Counted from the stretch's first letter, positions 17,463 through 29,118 are shown. The stretch is DNA of 50,831 nt from Gemmatimonadales bacterium (GCA_038216165.1 JBBQQJ010000001.1:1-50831); one strand, 5' to 3'. Made by a program: numbers and translations. Notes: generated by a model from the letters alone, not told the origin.

Positions 17463-18838
17463 CGGTCGGTCTCCTGCTGCGTGGTGCTGGGGTGCGCGGG
17501 GCGGGCACCCGCGGCGCCTCCCCGTCCGGCGTTGGGCGTGCGATTCGGCTCGGCCTGCTCGAGCCTCGTGCGCTCGGCGGCCAGCGCCTCCCGCATCGTG
17601 AGATCACGGGCACGATCGAAGGTCACCTCGCCATCGGCAAACGTCGTCTCGACCCGCGCGTACACCGAGAACGGATGCGCCGTCCAGATCGCGAGATCGG
17701 CGTCCTTGCCCACCTCGATCGATCCGGTCCGCTGCTCCATCCCGAGCTGCACCGCGCCGTTGTAGGTGATCAGGCGCATCGCCTCGTTCTCGGTGAGACC
17801 GCCGTAGCGCATCTGCTTGGCCGCGTCGATGTTGAGCCGACGGATCCGCTCGTCGGAGTCGGAATTGATCGTGGTCAGCACGCCGTGGCGCACCAGGATC
17901 GCCGCGTTGTGCGGGATCGCGTCGTACGCCTCGATCTTGTACGACCACGAATCGGCAAACGTCGAGAGCCCGGCGCCGTGCGTGGCGATTTCGGAGGCGA
18001 TCTTGTAGCCCTCGAGCCCGTGCTGCAGCGTCTTGATCTTGAAGCCGAATTCGTCGGCCAGGTTCAGGAGCATCAACATCTCGTCGGCGCGGTACGAGTG
18101 CGCGTGCACCAGGCGCGTCCCCTCGAGCACCTCCACCAGCGGCTCCAGCGCCAGATCACGACGCGGCGGCACCCCGCGCATCCCACCCGTGCGGTAGGCT
18201 GCCCACTCGACCCGGTAGTCCGCTGCCCGCACGAAGGCATCACGCAGCACCTCCGCCTGGCCCATCCGGGTGAACGGGTAGCGACGCTGCGTCTGGTTGG
18301 TCACGTTCGAACTCTTGCGCGTCACGTTCTCGCCGAGCGCGAACTTGATGCCCGGCGGCGCACCGGGCACCAGCATCTCGGCAGCGGTCCTGCCCGGCTT
18401 GAGCTTGACGGTGGCGTTCTGCCCGCCGATCGTGTTGGCGCTGCCGTGCAGGATGTTGATCATCGTCACCCCACCCGCGGCGGCACGATAGATCCCCACC
18501 GACGTCGGGTTCAGCACGTCCTGGATGCGGACCATCGACGTGACCGACAGCGAGCCCTCGTTGATCGCATCGCTCATCAGGTGCGAGTGCGGGTCGATGA
18601 TCCCCGGCATCACGTACTGGCCGGTGGCATCGATCACGGTGGCCCCGGCCGGGGCGCGCAGCCCAGCGCCGATCGCGGTGATCTTGCCGCCCTGCAGCAG
18701 CAGGTCGGTTGCCGTCAGCGTCTCCCCGGTGACGGTGAACACGGTGGCGTTGCGGATATGAGTCGCCCCCTGCGCGGCGAGCGCGGGAGCGAACGACGTG
18801 ACGGCGGCGAGCATGGTCCAGACAGAGCGGTGCATCAT
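17459..18838 (-). CDS. Amidohydrolase (metal-dependent, canonical HxH)
   Basis: MPGIIDPHSHLMSD is the HxH motif. Further ligand candidates: HAHSYRADE and TINSDSD. Signal peptide MMHRSVWTMLAAVTSFAPALAAQ. Start at ATG 18838 or 18835, with GGAGG upstream. Confidence 0.9.
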   Translation of the reverse strand: MMHRSVWTMLAAVTSFAPALAAQGATHIRNATVFTVTGETLTATDLLLQGGKITAIGAGLRAPAGATVIDATGQYVMPGIIDPHSHLMSDAINEGSLSVTSMVRIQDVLNPTSVGIYRAAAGGVTMINILHGSANTIGGQNATVKLKPGRTAAEMLVPGAPPGIKFALGENVTRKSSNVTNQTQRRYPFTRMGQAEVLRDAFVRAADYRVEWAAYRTGGMRGVPPRRDLALEPLVEVLEGTRLVHAHSYRADEMLMLLNLADEFGFKIKTLQHGLEGYKIASEIATHGAGLSTFADSWSYKIEAYDAIPHNAAILVRHGVLTTINSDSDERIRRLNIDAAKQMRYGGLTENEAMRLITYNGAVQLGMEQRTGSIEVGKDADLAIWTAHPFSVYARVETTFADGEVTFDRARDLTMREALAAERTRLEQAEPNRTPNAGRGGAAGARPAHPSTTQQETDR

Positions 18839-18848
18839 GGCCTCCGGG

Positions 18849-20534
18849 TCAGCGGGTGGTGGAGCGAGGACGACCGGCGGCGCCGGCGGCACCCTCCGGT
18901 GCGGGACGGGTCCCGCTGAAGCGGCCCAGCGCGTGCCCGACGATCGACACGCCGCCGCGCACCGCGTTGCCCGTGAGGTTGCCGACGAACACCGCTTCCT
19001 CGGTGCCCTCCTTGACCGTCACCGGGGCGGTGAATCGAAACTCGCCATCTGCCCCCACCTCGCCATGACTGATCTCGGCCACGCCCAGCGCGCCCTGCAT
19101 CGACCCGGTGAGCTTGTCACCCTGCTGGGTCAGCGCCATCGTCACGGTGTAATCCGCCCCTTCGAGCCCCACCGTCACCGTCCAGGTGCCGCTCAACGTG
19201 GCCGCGGCCCGGCCGTTGCCGTCACCCGCCGCGGCGGCCGTTGGGGCCGGGATCTCGATCACCGCACCATCGACCACCACATGGGTCACCCGGCTCGATG
19301 CCTCGAACAGGTCGCCCTTCACGATCGCCAAGTGGGCGGCCTTCCCCACCTCGAGCGACCCGAGGCGCGTGGCAACCCCGAGCAGCTCGGCGGCCCCGAG
19401 CGTGTGCGCCCGGAGCGCGGCATCGGCGGCGAGGCCACCCGCCACCGCGCGGCGCAGGTTGGGGAGATGCTCCGTCCAGGTGGCACCGCCCGATGTGAAG
19501 GCGAACCGCACCCCGGCGGCCGCGAGGCGGCCCGGGTTCTTGGGGGCCTCCACCCGCTCACGCAGCACGCGCACCGGCTCGGGATCGGCATCGGCCGACG
19601 GCGCCGCCGTGCGGCGCGGGAAATTGAGCGACAGCAGCATCGGCACGTTGGCCGCCTTGAGCTGGTCGGCCACCTTCCACGCCTCGTCGCCCCCGGCGAT
19701 GATCGGCTTGAGGTTGAATTCCTTCGCGAAGCTCAACGCGCGGAGGATCTCCCGCTCCGAGTCGGCGAGGAAAATCACCGGCATCGTCCCGGCCAGCGCG
19801 GGCTGCAGCGCCTCCAACGACGGATCCCACGCCGGACGCGGCCGGCTCCGCGGATCGCGCGCCGCCGCAGCCACCTCGGCCCCGTACCGCTGGGCATCGA
19901 GGAACATCTGTCGCATCGCCGCAAAGACGCCCATCAATGACCCCGGGAACTGCCCCCGGATCCCCTGGAACGCGAGCACCTGCGCCACCGGGGTGCGGAC
20001 CACCAGCGCCGGCACCGCGCCCTGGCCCAGCGCCACCACGGCCGAGGTGCCGCGGAACATCCCGCTCGCCTGCGCCGTGTGGGCCACCGTGATCCCGGCC
20101 CCATGCGGCCCGCTCCACTGGGCGGCATCGGGGCGGAGCAGGTCCACCACCGACATTTCGGGGCGCTGCCCCTCGGGATAGGCTGAGTTGGAGGGGGACG
20201 GCTCGGGCGCCTGACCTCCACCGCCGGCGCCAGCCGGGGGCCGGGGGAGGGCGAGCGTGCCGGCCGCGTCGATCAGCCCCGGATAAATCGAGAGCCCGGC
20301 GCCATCGATGACGCGGGCATCGGCCGGAACGGCAGCGTTGGCGCCAATCGCGGCGATCAGGCCGTCACGAAGCACGATCGTACCGCTGGGGATGACGGGA
20401 CCGCTGACCGGCACGAGTCGGGCACCGGTGATCGCCACCACCGAGGGCGGGGAGGGCGGACGCTGGGCGACGAGGCTGGGCGCAGACAACGCGCCGCACG
20501 CCGCCACGCCGGCCAGGCGGACGAACAGGGACAT
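18849..20534 (-). CDS. Amidohydrolase-family protein, HxH motif absent, with extra C-terminal beta-rich domain
   Basis: Preferred start is MSLFVRLAGVAACGALSAPSLVAQ at 20534. PGLIDAAGTLAL replaces the HxH motif. A ~110-aa C-terminal extension follows (TWTVTVGLEGADYTVTMALTQQGDKLTGSMQG...). Confidence 0.8.
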   Translation of the reverse strand: MSLFVRLAGVAACGALSAPSLVAQRPPSPPSVVAITGARLVPVSGPVIPSGTIVLRDGLIAAIGANAAVPADARVIDGAGLSIYPGLIDAAGTLALPRPPAGAGGGGQAPEPSPSNSAYPEGQRPEMSVVDLLRPDAAQWSGPHGAGITVAHTAQASGMFRGTSAVVALGQGAVPALVVRTPVAQVLAFQGIRGQFPGSLMGVFAAMRQMFLDAQRYGAEVAAAARDPRSRPRPAWDPSLEALQPALAGTMPVIFLADSEREILRALSFAKEFNLKPIIAGGDEAWKVADQLKAANVPMLLSLNFPRRTAAPSADADPEPVRVLRERVEAPKNPGRLAAAGVRFAFTSGGATWTEHLPNLRRAVAGGLAADAALRAHTLGAAELLGVATRLGSLEVGKAAHLAIVKGDLFEASSRVTHVVVDGAVIEIPAPTAAAAGDGNGRAAATLSGTWTVTVGLEGADYTVTMALTQQGDKLTGSMQGALGVAEISHGEVGADGEFRFTAPVTVKEGTEEAVFVGNLTGNAVRGGVSIVGHALGRFSGTRPAPEGAAGAAGRPRSTTR

Positions 20535-20646
20535 CCGGAACTCTCCGAGGATGGGGAACATCTTGGGGAACACCAATCTACGCACGACCTCGCCGCTGGG
20601 TTGGCCCGACTATCTTTCAAAAGGACCAAACTTCAAGCGAGAGAAC

Positions 20647-21120
20647 ATGTTGCGCCGTAACCTGACCATCGCCTCCCTGCTCCTCCTGGCCGCCTGCGGC
20701 GGGGAGACTGCACCTGCCACGCCCGAGGGCCCGTTGCCGATTGAACAGACCACCTTTGCCGCCGATCTCGGCGTCGACCTCGGCGCCTCCACCAAGTCCG
20801 CCACCGGCCTCTACACCCGCACTCTGGTCGAGGGCGACGGCGCGATCGTCACCGCCGGCCAGACGGTCGATGTGTACTATGACGGCCGCCTCGCCAACGG
20901 CACACGCTTCGACGCCACCACGCCGGGCTCGCCGTTCACCTTCCTGGTCGGGCGTGGTCGTGTGATCGCTGGCTGGGACGAGGGCGTGGCTGGGATGAAG
21001 ATCGGCGGCAAGCGCCAGCTCATCATCCCGCCCGCGCTCGGCTACGGCGCGAGCGGCGTCGGCCCGATCCCGCCCAACGCGACCCTCGTCTTCACCGTTG
21101 AGGTTCTGGGCGCCCGATGA
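20647..21120 (+). CDS. FKBP-type peptidyl-prolyl cis-trans isomerase, lipoprotein
   Basis: [19 protein letters not shown] is a lipobox signal. The FKBP core reads [16 protein letters not shown]...[36 protein letters not shown]. Confidence 0.9.
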   Translation: MLRRNLTIASLLLLAACGGETAPATPEGPLPIEQTTFAADLGVDLGASTKSATGLYTRTLVEGDGAIVTAGQTVDVYYDGRLANGTRFDATTPGSPFTFLVGRGRVIAGWDEGVAGMKIGGKRQLIIPPALGYGASGVGPIPPNATLVFTVEVLGAR

Positions 21121-21535
21121 GCTGGACCCGCCCGACCGACGAGGCGCTGCGCGCCCGGCTCACCCCGCTGCAGTTCAAGGTCACGCAGCAGGAGGGGACC
21201 GAGCCGCCGTTCGAGAACGAGTACTGGGACGAGCAGCGCGACGGCCTGTACGTGGATCGCGTCTCGGGCGAGCCGCTCTTTTCCTCGCATGACAAGTTCG
21301 ACTCCGGCACGGGATGGCCGTCGTTCACGCAGCCCATCACGCCGGAGCACGTGGTCACCCGGGTCGACCGCACCCTCTGGATGAAGCGCACCGAGGTGCG
21401 GTCCGTGCACGGCGACGCGCACCTCGGCCACGTCTTTCCTGATGGACCCGCCCCGACGGGGCAGCGCTTCTGCATGAACTCCGCGTCACTCCGCTTCATC
21501 CCGGTCGAGCAGCTCGAGGCCGAAGGGTATGGTGC

Positions 21536-22965
<1,430 letters not shown>

Positions 22966-22969
<4 letters not shown>

Positions 22970-23718
22970 GGGCAGCGGTCGTGCTCGGACTGGTCGTGAC
23001 GGGGGTCGGCGCGCTGCCGGCCCAGGCGCCCACCGCCTGGGCGATCCATGACCTCGCGCGGCCGCGACCCACGGTGGTCCACCCCGGGGGGGCCGCCCTC
23101 ATCCCCCCCCCAGCCGATGCGGTGGTGCTCTTCAACGGCACCGCGCTCGATGCCTGGGTCGGGGCCGACAGCGCCCCGGCCCGGTGGCGCATCGTGGATG
23201 GTGCCCTTGAGGTCGCCCCCGGCACCGGCAACCTCACCACCCGCCGCAGCTTCGGTGACGTGCAACTCCACGTCGAGTGGCGCGCCCCCACCCCACCCAC
23301 GGGCGAGGGCCAGGGTCGCGGCAACAGCGGCATCTTCTTGATGGGTCGCTACGAGGTGCAGGTACTCGACTCGTGGGAGAACCCCACCTACGCCGATGGC
23401 CAGGCCGCCGCGCTCTACGGCCAGTATCCGCCCCGCGTGAACGCCGCGCTCGCGCCCGGCGAGTGGCAGAGCTACGACATCATCTTCCGCCGGCCGCGCT
23501 TCGATGCCAAGGGCGGCGTCACCCGGCCCGCCCGCGTCACCGTCCTGCACAACGGCGTGCTCGTCCATGATGGCGCCGAACTGATCGGCCCCACCTCGCA
23601 TCGGGTGCGTGAGCCGTATCTGGCGCATCCGGCCGCCCTGCCGATCACCCTGCAGGACCACGGCGACCTCGTGCGGTTCCGGAACATCTGGGTCCGGCCC
23701 CTGCAAGAGCGGCCGTGA
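22966..23718 (+). CDS. DUF1080 (3-keto-disaccharide hydrolase-like) secreted protein
   Basis: GTGA overlap with the helicase stop. Signal peptide. Motifs: LFNGTALDAW, WRIVDGALEV, FGDVQLHVEWR, GNSGIFLMGRYEVQVLD, FRNIWVRPL. Confidence 0.85.
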
Positions 23719-24497
23719 TCCTCGATCGGTTCGGGCGCCGCTTTGCCCGGTTCCTCAGCACGCCGCGGCCCGACCGCGTCCAGCTCGCCACCGCCGACCC
23801 CGCGATCCTGCCCACCGTGCTCCGGCCCGGCGACATCCTCCTGATCGAGGGCAGTTCGCGGATCTCGGTGGCCATCAAGTACCTCACGCAGTCGAGTTGG
23901 TCCCACGCCGCTCTCTGCATTGCCCCCCCCCAGCCGCTCGGCAATGAGGACACCGCCCCGGCCATCATGCTCGAGGCCGACGTCACCGAGGGGGTGCGGC
24001 TCGTCCCCCTCGAGCGCTTCGCCGCGCTCCACAACCGGATCTGTCGACCCGTCGGCCTCACCGATCAGGAGCTCGAGGCCATGATTCATTTCGCGATGGC
24101 GCGCGTGGGCCATCGCTACGACATGAAGAACATCATCGACTTGGCCCGCTACCTCCTGCCCACCCCGCCCGTCTCCTCCCGCTATCGCCGGCGACTCATC
24201 GCTCTCGGCAGCGGCGACCCAACCCGGGCGATCTGCTCCTCCCTCATCGCGGAGGCGTTCCAGTCGGTCGGCTACCCCATCCTCCCGACCCGGCGGCTCC
24301 TCCCCCCGGATTCCCCGGCAGCGGCCGAGGAGCACCGGGAGGCACTCCACATCCGGCATCATTCGCTCTTTACCCCCCGCGACTTCGACGTCTCCCCCTA
24401 CTTCCGGATCGTCAAGCCGACCATCGAGCAGGGCTTCGACCCCCACCGCCTCCTCCTCATCCCCCCCGACCTGCGCGGCGAGCCCGCCCGGGACTGA
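23715..24497 (+). CDS. YiiX/NlpC-P60-superfamily permuted papain-like protein
   Basis: GTGA overlap with the upstream gene. Motifs: LRPGDILLIEGSSRISVAIKYLTQSSWSHAAL, then HRYDMKNIIDL and AICSSLIAEAF (candidate Cys nucleophile). Confidence 0.6.
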   Translation: MILDRFGRRFARFLSTPRPDRVQLATADPAILPTVLRPGDILLIEGSSRISVAIKYLTQSSWSHAALCIAPPQPLGNEDTAPAIMLEADVTEGVRLVPLERFAALHNRICRPVGLTDQELEAMIHFAMARVGHRYDMKNIIDLARYLLPTPPVSSRYRRRLIALGSGDPTRAICSSLIAEAFQSVGYPILPTRRLLPPDSPAAAEEHREALHIRHHSLFTPRDFDVSPYFRIVKPTIEQGFDPHRLLLIPPDLRGEPARD

Positions 24498-24584
24498 CAG
24501 GCCCGGTGTCTTGCCGTTCTGCCTGCCGCCCGCCACGTTAGAGATCCGCCCAGCCCCCGTGTCCCGGACCGGAGCGACCCCGTC

Positions 24585-24983
24585 ATGCCCGAGATCAACC
24601 TCCTCGCCGTCTTCCTTGCCGCGCTGTCAGGATTCATCATCGGCGGCATCTGGTATGGCCCGCTGTTCGGTCGCGCCTGGATGGCCCAGCTGGGATACAC
24701 GATGGAAGACCTGCGGAAGGACTTCAACGGCCCGAAGACCTACGGTCTCGCCTTTCTCTTCGGGCTGATCATGTCCTACACCTTCGCCATCTTCCTTGGC
24801 TCCGGCGTCGGCCTGCCCACCGGCGCCCTCTACGGCTTCACCGCCGGCTTTGCGTGGGTGGGGATGTCGCTGGCCACGAGCTATCAGTTTGAACGGCGCA
24901 GCAACACCCTGCTCATGATCAATGCCGGCTACCACACCGTGCAGTTCACTGCCATCGGTGCGATCCTCGGAGCGATGAACTGA
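24585..24983 (+). CDS. DUF1761 family membrane protein
   Basis: MPEINLLAVFLAALSGFIIGGIWYGPLFGRAWM... 132 aa with four hydrophobic segments. Confidence 0.75.
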   Translation: MPEINLLAVFLAALSGFIIGGIWYGPLFGRAWMAQLGYTMEDLRKDFNGPKTYGLAFLFGLIMSYTFAIFLGSGVGLPTGALYGFTAGFAWVGMSLATSYQFERRSNTLLMINAGYHTVQFTAIGAILGAMN

Positions 24984-25447
24984 CCGGACAACTCCTCGCG
25001 TGGTGGGAGCGCCTGCGTCCGCTGCCCGGCGGACGCTGGCTGTTCTCCCGCCTGATCGGCCGATTCGTCCCCTACAGCGGCTCCATCGGGGCGCGCGTCG
25101 AGGCGCTTGCCGCCGGCAGTGCCGTGCTGTCCCTGCGGGACCGCCGCGCCGTGCGCAATCACCTCGGCAGTGTCCACGCCATCGCCCTCGTCAACCTGGC
25201 CGAGCTCACCAGCGGCCTGGCCATGCTCGGTGGGTTGGGCACGCGCGTCCGGGGGATCGTCACGGGACTCAGCATCACCTACCACAAGAAGGCGCGCGGT
25301 CCGCTCATGGCCACGTCGGTGGTGCAGGTGCCGGAGGTGACGGGCCCCACGGAGTTCGTCGTTACCGCGACCATTCATGATGCCAGTGGTGAGGCCGTCG
25401 CGGAGGCGCAGGTCCGCTGGCTCCTGGGCCCGGTGCCCACCGCATGA
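24980..25447 (+). CDS. DUF4442/hotdog-fold thioesterase-like protein; non-canonical start likely
   Basis: The first canonical start is GTG 25124. However, coding-like sequence (about 85% GC3) extends back to the DUF1761 stop: LTGQLLAWWERLRPLPGGRWLFSRLIGRFVPYSGSIGARVEAL. No in-frame ATG, GTG or TTG occurs there. CTG 24980 overlaps TGA 24981-83. Confidence 0.55.
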   Translation: MTGQLLAWWERLRPLPGGRWLFSRLIGRFVPYSGSIGARVEALAAGSAVLSLRDRRAVRNHLGSVHAIALVNLAELTSGLAMLGGLGTRVRGIVTGLSITYHKKARGPLMATSVVQVPEVTGPTEFVVTATIHDASGEAVAEAQVRWLLGPVPTA

Positions 25448-26424
25448 GCGGCCGCCCCACGCGCGACACCTTCCTGCACCAGGCCGGCGTGGACGTGCCG
25501 CTCCTCTGCGGCCCGATGTACCCGTGCTCCAACCCGGAGCTGGTCGCCGCGGCCTCGGCCGCCGGCGCTCTGGGGGTGGTGCAGCCGATCTCGCTCACCT
25601 ACGTGCATGGATGGGACTACCGCGAGGGGTTGCGCCACATCCGCTCCCTCACCGACCGCCCGATCGGAATGAACGCCCTCATCGAGCAGTCCTCCACGAC
25701 CTATCGGGACCGGATGGAGCGCTGGATCCAGATCTCGCTGGAGGAGGGCGTGCGCTTCTTCCTCACCTCCCTGGGGAACCCCAAGTGGGTCGTGGAGATG
25801 GTGCGTCCGCATGGCGGCGTGGTCTACCACGATGTCACCGAGGCCAAGTGGGCGGCCAAGGCAGTGGCCGGCGGGGTGGATGGCCTGATCGCCGTCAACA
25901 ACCGCGCCGGCGGGCACGCCGGCACGCGCACCCCCGAGGCGCTCCTTGATGAGCTGCTCCCGTTCGGCCTGCCCGTGGTGGCCGCGGGCGGTGTGGGCGA
26001 CCCGGCCGGGTTCCGCGCCATGCTCGATCTTGGCTACGCCGCCGTGCAGTGCGGCACCCGGTTCATTGCCACCACCGAATGCACCGCCAGCGCGCCCTAC
26101 AAGGCGGCGATCCTGGCCGCCGAGGCCAGCGACATCGTCCTCTCCGAGCGGATCACCGGGGTGCCGGTGGCGGTCATCAACACCCCCTACATCCAGCGGA
26201 TGGGGCTCCGGGCGGGGCCGGTCGCCCGGCGGATGCTGCGGGGGGGGCGCACCAAGCACTGGATGCGCAGCCTCTACGCCCTCAAGGCGCTCTGGCAGCT
26301 CAAGCGTTCATCCTACGATGCCGCGGGGAGCACGGAGTACTGGCAGGCCGGACGGAGCGTGGGGCAGATTGCGCGGGTCGAACCCGTGGCTGAGGTGGTC
26401 CGGCGGTTCGCCGCGGCGATGTAA
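25444..26424 (+). CDS. Nitronate monooxygenase / NAD(P)H-dependent flavin oxidoreductase family
   Basis: ATGA overlap with the upstream gene. Motifs: VDVPLLCGPMYPCSNPELVAAASAAGALGVVQP, NNRAGGHAG, VVAAGGVGD. Confidence 0.8.
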   Translation: MSGRPTRDTFLHQAGVDVPLLCGPMYPCSNPELVAAASAAGALGVVQPISLTYVHGWDYREGLRHIRSLTDRPIGMNALIEQSSTTYRDRMERWIQISLEEGVRFFLTSLGNPKWVVEMVRPHGGVVYHDVTEAKWAAKAVAGGVDGLIAVNNRAGGHAGTRTPEALLDELLPFGLPVVAAGGVGDPAGFRAMLDLGYAAVQCGTRFIATTECTASAPYKAAILAAEASDIVLSERITGVPVAVINTPYIQRMGLRAGPVARRMLRGGRTKHWMRSLYALKALWQLKRSSYDAAGSTEYWQAGRSVGQIARVEPVAEVVRRFAAAM

Positions 26425-26559
26425 CGACCGATCGCCCTCGTGGGGGGGGTCTTCCGCCGTGACGGACTCGTGACGATCTTTCTGGCAGGTTCGGGAGTGG
26501 GACCCCGGCCTCCGTGCTGTGTACCCTTCCCTACTTTCCCCATCATTGAGGTCGTCCGC

Positions 26560-29118
26560 ATGTTCCTGAGGAACGTTCGGCTCGGCGCCCTGACCCTCCT
26601 CGCCTTGCTCGTGTCGGGTGGCGTGGCGTCAGTGGCAGCGCAGGAAACCGCCACCATTCGTGGTACCATCACCATCGCCGGTGGAACGGAGCCGCTCGCC
26701 GGGGTCCAGATCACCATCATCGGAACCGGCCTCGCCACCGTCTCGGCGCCCAACGGCCGCTACGTGATCCAGCGCGTGCCGCGTGGCGAGGTGACGCTCG
26801 TCTACCGATGGCTCGGCTACGCCCCGTATGAGCGCACGGTCACCATCACCGGCGATCAGACCGTCGACATCTCCCTCGAGCCGAAGCCGGTCTCGCTGGG
26901 TGACCTCACCGTCTCGGCCGCCTCGCGCGAGCCCGAGCGACTGACGGAGGCCCCCGCCGCGGTTACCATGATCGAGCCCCGCGTGCTGGCGAACACCGCC
27001 CCCACCGGGCAGGCGCCGTTGGCACTCGCCGAGGCACCGGGCGTGGACTTGGTGCAGAGCGGCGTGAATGACTTCAATATCAATGCGCGCGGCTTCAACT
27101 CGTCGCTGAATCGCCGGGTGCTCACGCTGCTCGACGGGCGCGACCTCGCCATCGCCTTCCTCGGCTCGCAGGAGTGGAACACCCTCCCGGTGGCCCTCGA
27201 CGAGCTCGCCAGCATGGAACTGGTCCGCGGCCCCGGCTCGGCCCTCTACGGTGCCAACGCCTTTGCCGGCGTGATCAGCCTCACCACGCTCTCGCCGCGC
27301 GAGGCACAGGGCGCCAAGATCTCCGTCTCGGGCGGTGAGCTCGAGTCGTTCAAGACCGATGGCCGCTATGCCACGGTGTTCGGGCAGGGGCGCTTCGGGT
27401 TCCGGCTCAACGCCGGCTACTCGACCAACGACACCTGGACCCGTTCGCGGACGCTGGTCGATCGCACGGCACTGCAGCAGGAGTATGCACCGGCAATCGA
27501 AGGCACCGACATCACCATCGGGCTGATGTCGTCCCCCGAGGTGCGCGCGCTCTCCGGCCAGACCTGTGGCGGGGACACCGAAGTGTGCGCCACGCTCGAC
27601 CGTACCCCGCAGGGTGACCGCGACCCGATCACCGCCATGTACGGATCGGCCCGACTCGACTACTACCTCGACAACGGCGGCGCCGTCACCGTCGAGGGTG
27701 GCGCGTCGCAGGTCGAGAACGAGACGCTCGTCACCGGCATTGGCCGCGTGCAGATCGTCAAGGGCTTCAAGCCGTACGGGCGCGTCGCGTACAACAGCGA
27801 CCGGCTGAACATCTTCGCCTACGCCAACCGGCGTGAGTCGAAGGAGCCGCAGTACTCGCTCGCCTCCGGCGCGGGGCTCCTCGAGAAGTCCACCATCTCC
27901 CACGTGGAGGCCCAGGGCAACCAGGGCTTCATGGACGGCAGGGCCCGGATCATCGCCGGTACCTCCTTCCGGCAGTACAACGTCAACACCGAGGGCACGC
28001 TGATGCGCCCCGAGGATGACGATCGGTCCGACAAGGTCTACTCCGCGTACGGCCAGGTCGAGTATCGCCTGGGTGACAAGATCCGCCTGGTCGGTGCCAT
28101 TCGCTATGACGAGGGCGACCTCTTCGAGGGCCAGGTCTCGCCGAAGGGTGCGATCGTCTATTCGCCCAACGCGAACCACTCGTTCCGCGCCACCGTCAAC
28201 CGCGCCTTCCAGACGCCGAACTACTCGGAGTTCTTCCTCCGGGCAGCGGCTGGAGCGCCGGCCAACTTTGCGCCGCTCGAAGCCGGTCTCCGCGCCTCGC
28301 CCCTCGGCGCTGCCCTCGCCGGCGTGCCGCAGGGCCAGCTCTTCACCAACAGTGCTGCGGTGCCGGTGTTCGCCCGCGGCAACGCCAACCTCGACGTCGA
28401 GAAGACCCTCGGCTACGAGCTCGGCTACAAGGGCGCGCTGTCGAGCCGGATCTACGTGACCATCGATGCGTACCTCAACAACATCACCGACTTCGTTACG
28501 GACCTCCTGCCGGGCGTGAATCCGACCTTCGGCGCGTGGACGGCGCCGGACGCCGTGCCGGCACAGTTCCGTGCCGCGCTCGAGGGGGCCGTCCGCCAGC
28601 AGCTCAGCGCCTCGCCAGCCACGGCGCTCGCCGCCGCCGGCCTCACCCGCATCGAGAACGGCAACACCGCTATCGTCGTCTCCTACACCAACGAGGGTGA
28701 CGTCGACCAGAAGGGCTTCGACGTCGGCCTCGGGTTCCGGGTCAGCGACGAGATCCGCCTCGACGGCACCTTCTCGTACTTCGACTTCACGGTGAACTCA
28801 CAGCGGGCCGGGGACCAGCTCATCCCCAACACCCCGGACAAGAAGGGGAGCCTCACGGCGGCCTATGCCGGGCTCCGCAACGGGCTCGACGCCAGCCTCT
28901 CGGTCCGTGCCGTCGCCGCCTACGACTGGGCCGCCGGCGTCTTCGTGGGCAGGGTGCCGAGCAGCGAGTTCGTCACCGCCTCGCTGGGCTATCGCGTGAA
29001 CCAGAACTTCCGGGTGTTCGCGGTCGGTACCAACATCTTCGACCAGCAGCGCTACCAGCTCTTCGGTGGCTCGGTGATCGGTCGTCGCGTGTTGGGCGGG
29101 ATCACGGCGATCTTCTAG
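26560..29118 (+). CDS. TonB-dependent outer-membrane receptor with N-terminal CarboxypepD_reg domain
   Basis: GAGG lies 8 nt upstream of ATG 26560. Signal peptide. IRGTITIAGGTEPLAGVQITIIGTGLATVSAPNGRYVIQRVP, then a plug domain (VDLVQSGVNDFNINARGF), and the C-terminal barrel ends ...GGITAIF. Confidence 0.9.
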   Translation: MFLRNVRLGALTLLALLVSGGVASVAAQETATIRGTITIAGGTEPLAGVQITIIGTGLATVSAPNGRYVIQRVPRGEVTLVYRWLGYAPYERTVTITGDQTVDISLEPKPVSLGDLTVSAASREPERLTEAPAAVTMIEPRVLANTAPTGQAPLALAEAPGVDLVQSGVNDFNINARGFNSSLNRRVLTLLDGRDLAIAFLGSQEWNTLPVALDELASMELVRGPGSALYGANAFAGVISLTTLSPREAQGAKISVSGGELESFKTDGRYATVFGQGRFGFRLNAGYSTNDTWTRSRTLVDRTALQQEYAPAIEGTDITIGLMSSPEVRALSGQTCGGDTEVCATLDRTPQGDRDPITAMYGSARLDYYLDNGGAVTVEGGASQVENETLVTGIGRVQIVKGFKPYGRVAYNSDRLNIFAYANRRESKEPQYSLASGAGLLEKSTISHVEAQGNQGFMDGRARIIAGTSFRQYNVNTEGTLMRPEDDDRSDKVYSAYGQVEYRLGDKIRLVGAIRYDEGDLFEGQVSPKGAIVYSPNANHSFRATVNRAFQTPNYSEFFLRAAAGAPANFAPLEAGLRASPLGAALAGVPQGQLFTNSAAVPVFARGNANLDVEKTLGYELGYKGALSSRIYVTIDAYLNNITDFVTDLLPGVNPTFGAWTAPDAVPAQFRAALEGAVRQQLSASPATALAAAGLTRIENGNTAIVVSYTNEGDVDQKGFDVGLGFRVSDEIRLDGTFSYFDFTVNSQRAGDQLIPNTPDKKGSLTAAYAGLRNGLDASLSVRAVAAYDWAAGVFVGRVPSSEFVTASLGYRVNQNFRVFAVGTNIFDQQRYQLFGGSVIGRRVLGGITAIF

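Noticed and set aside
26425-26559. Riboswitch (cobalamin or TPP) or Fur box in the TonB-dependent receptor leader
   Set aside because: There is no B12 box (GCCACTG-like), no TPP CTGAGA core and no AT-rich Fur palindrome. Only a short direct repeat, CGTGACG-n3-CGTGACG, is visible.
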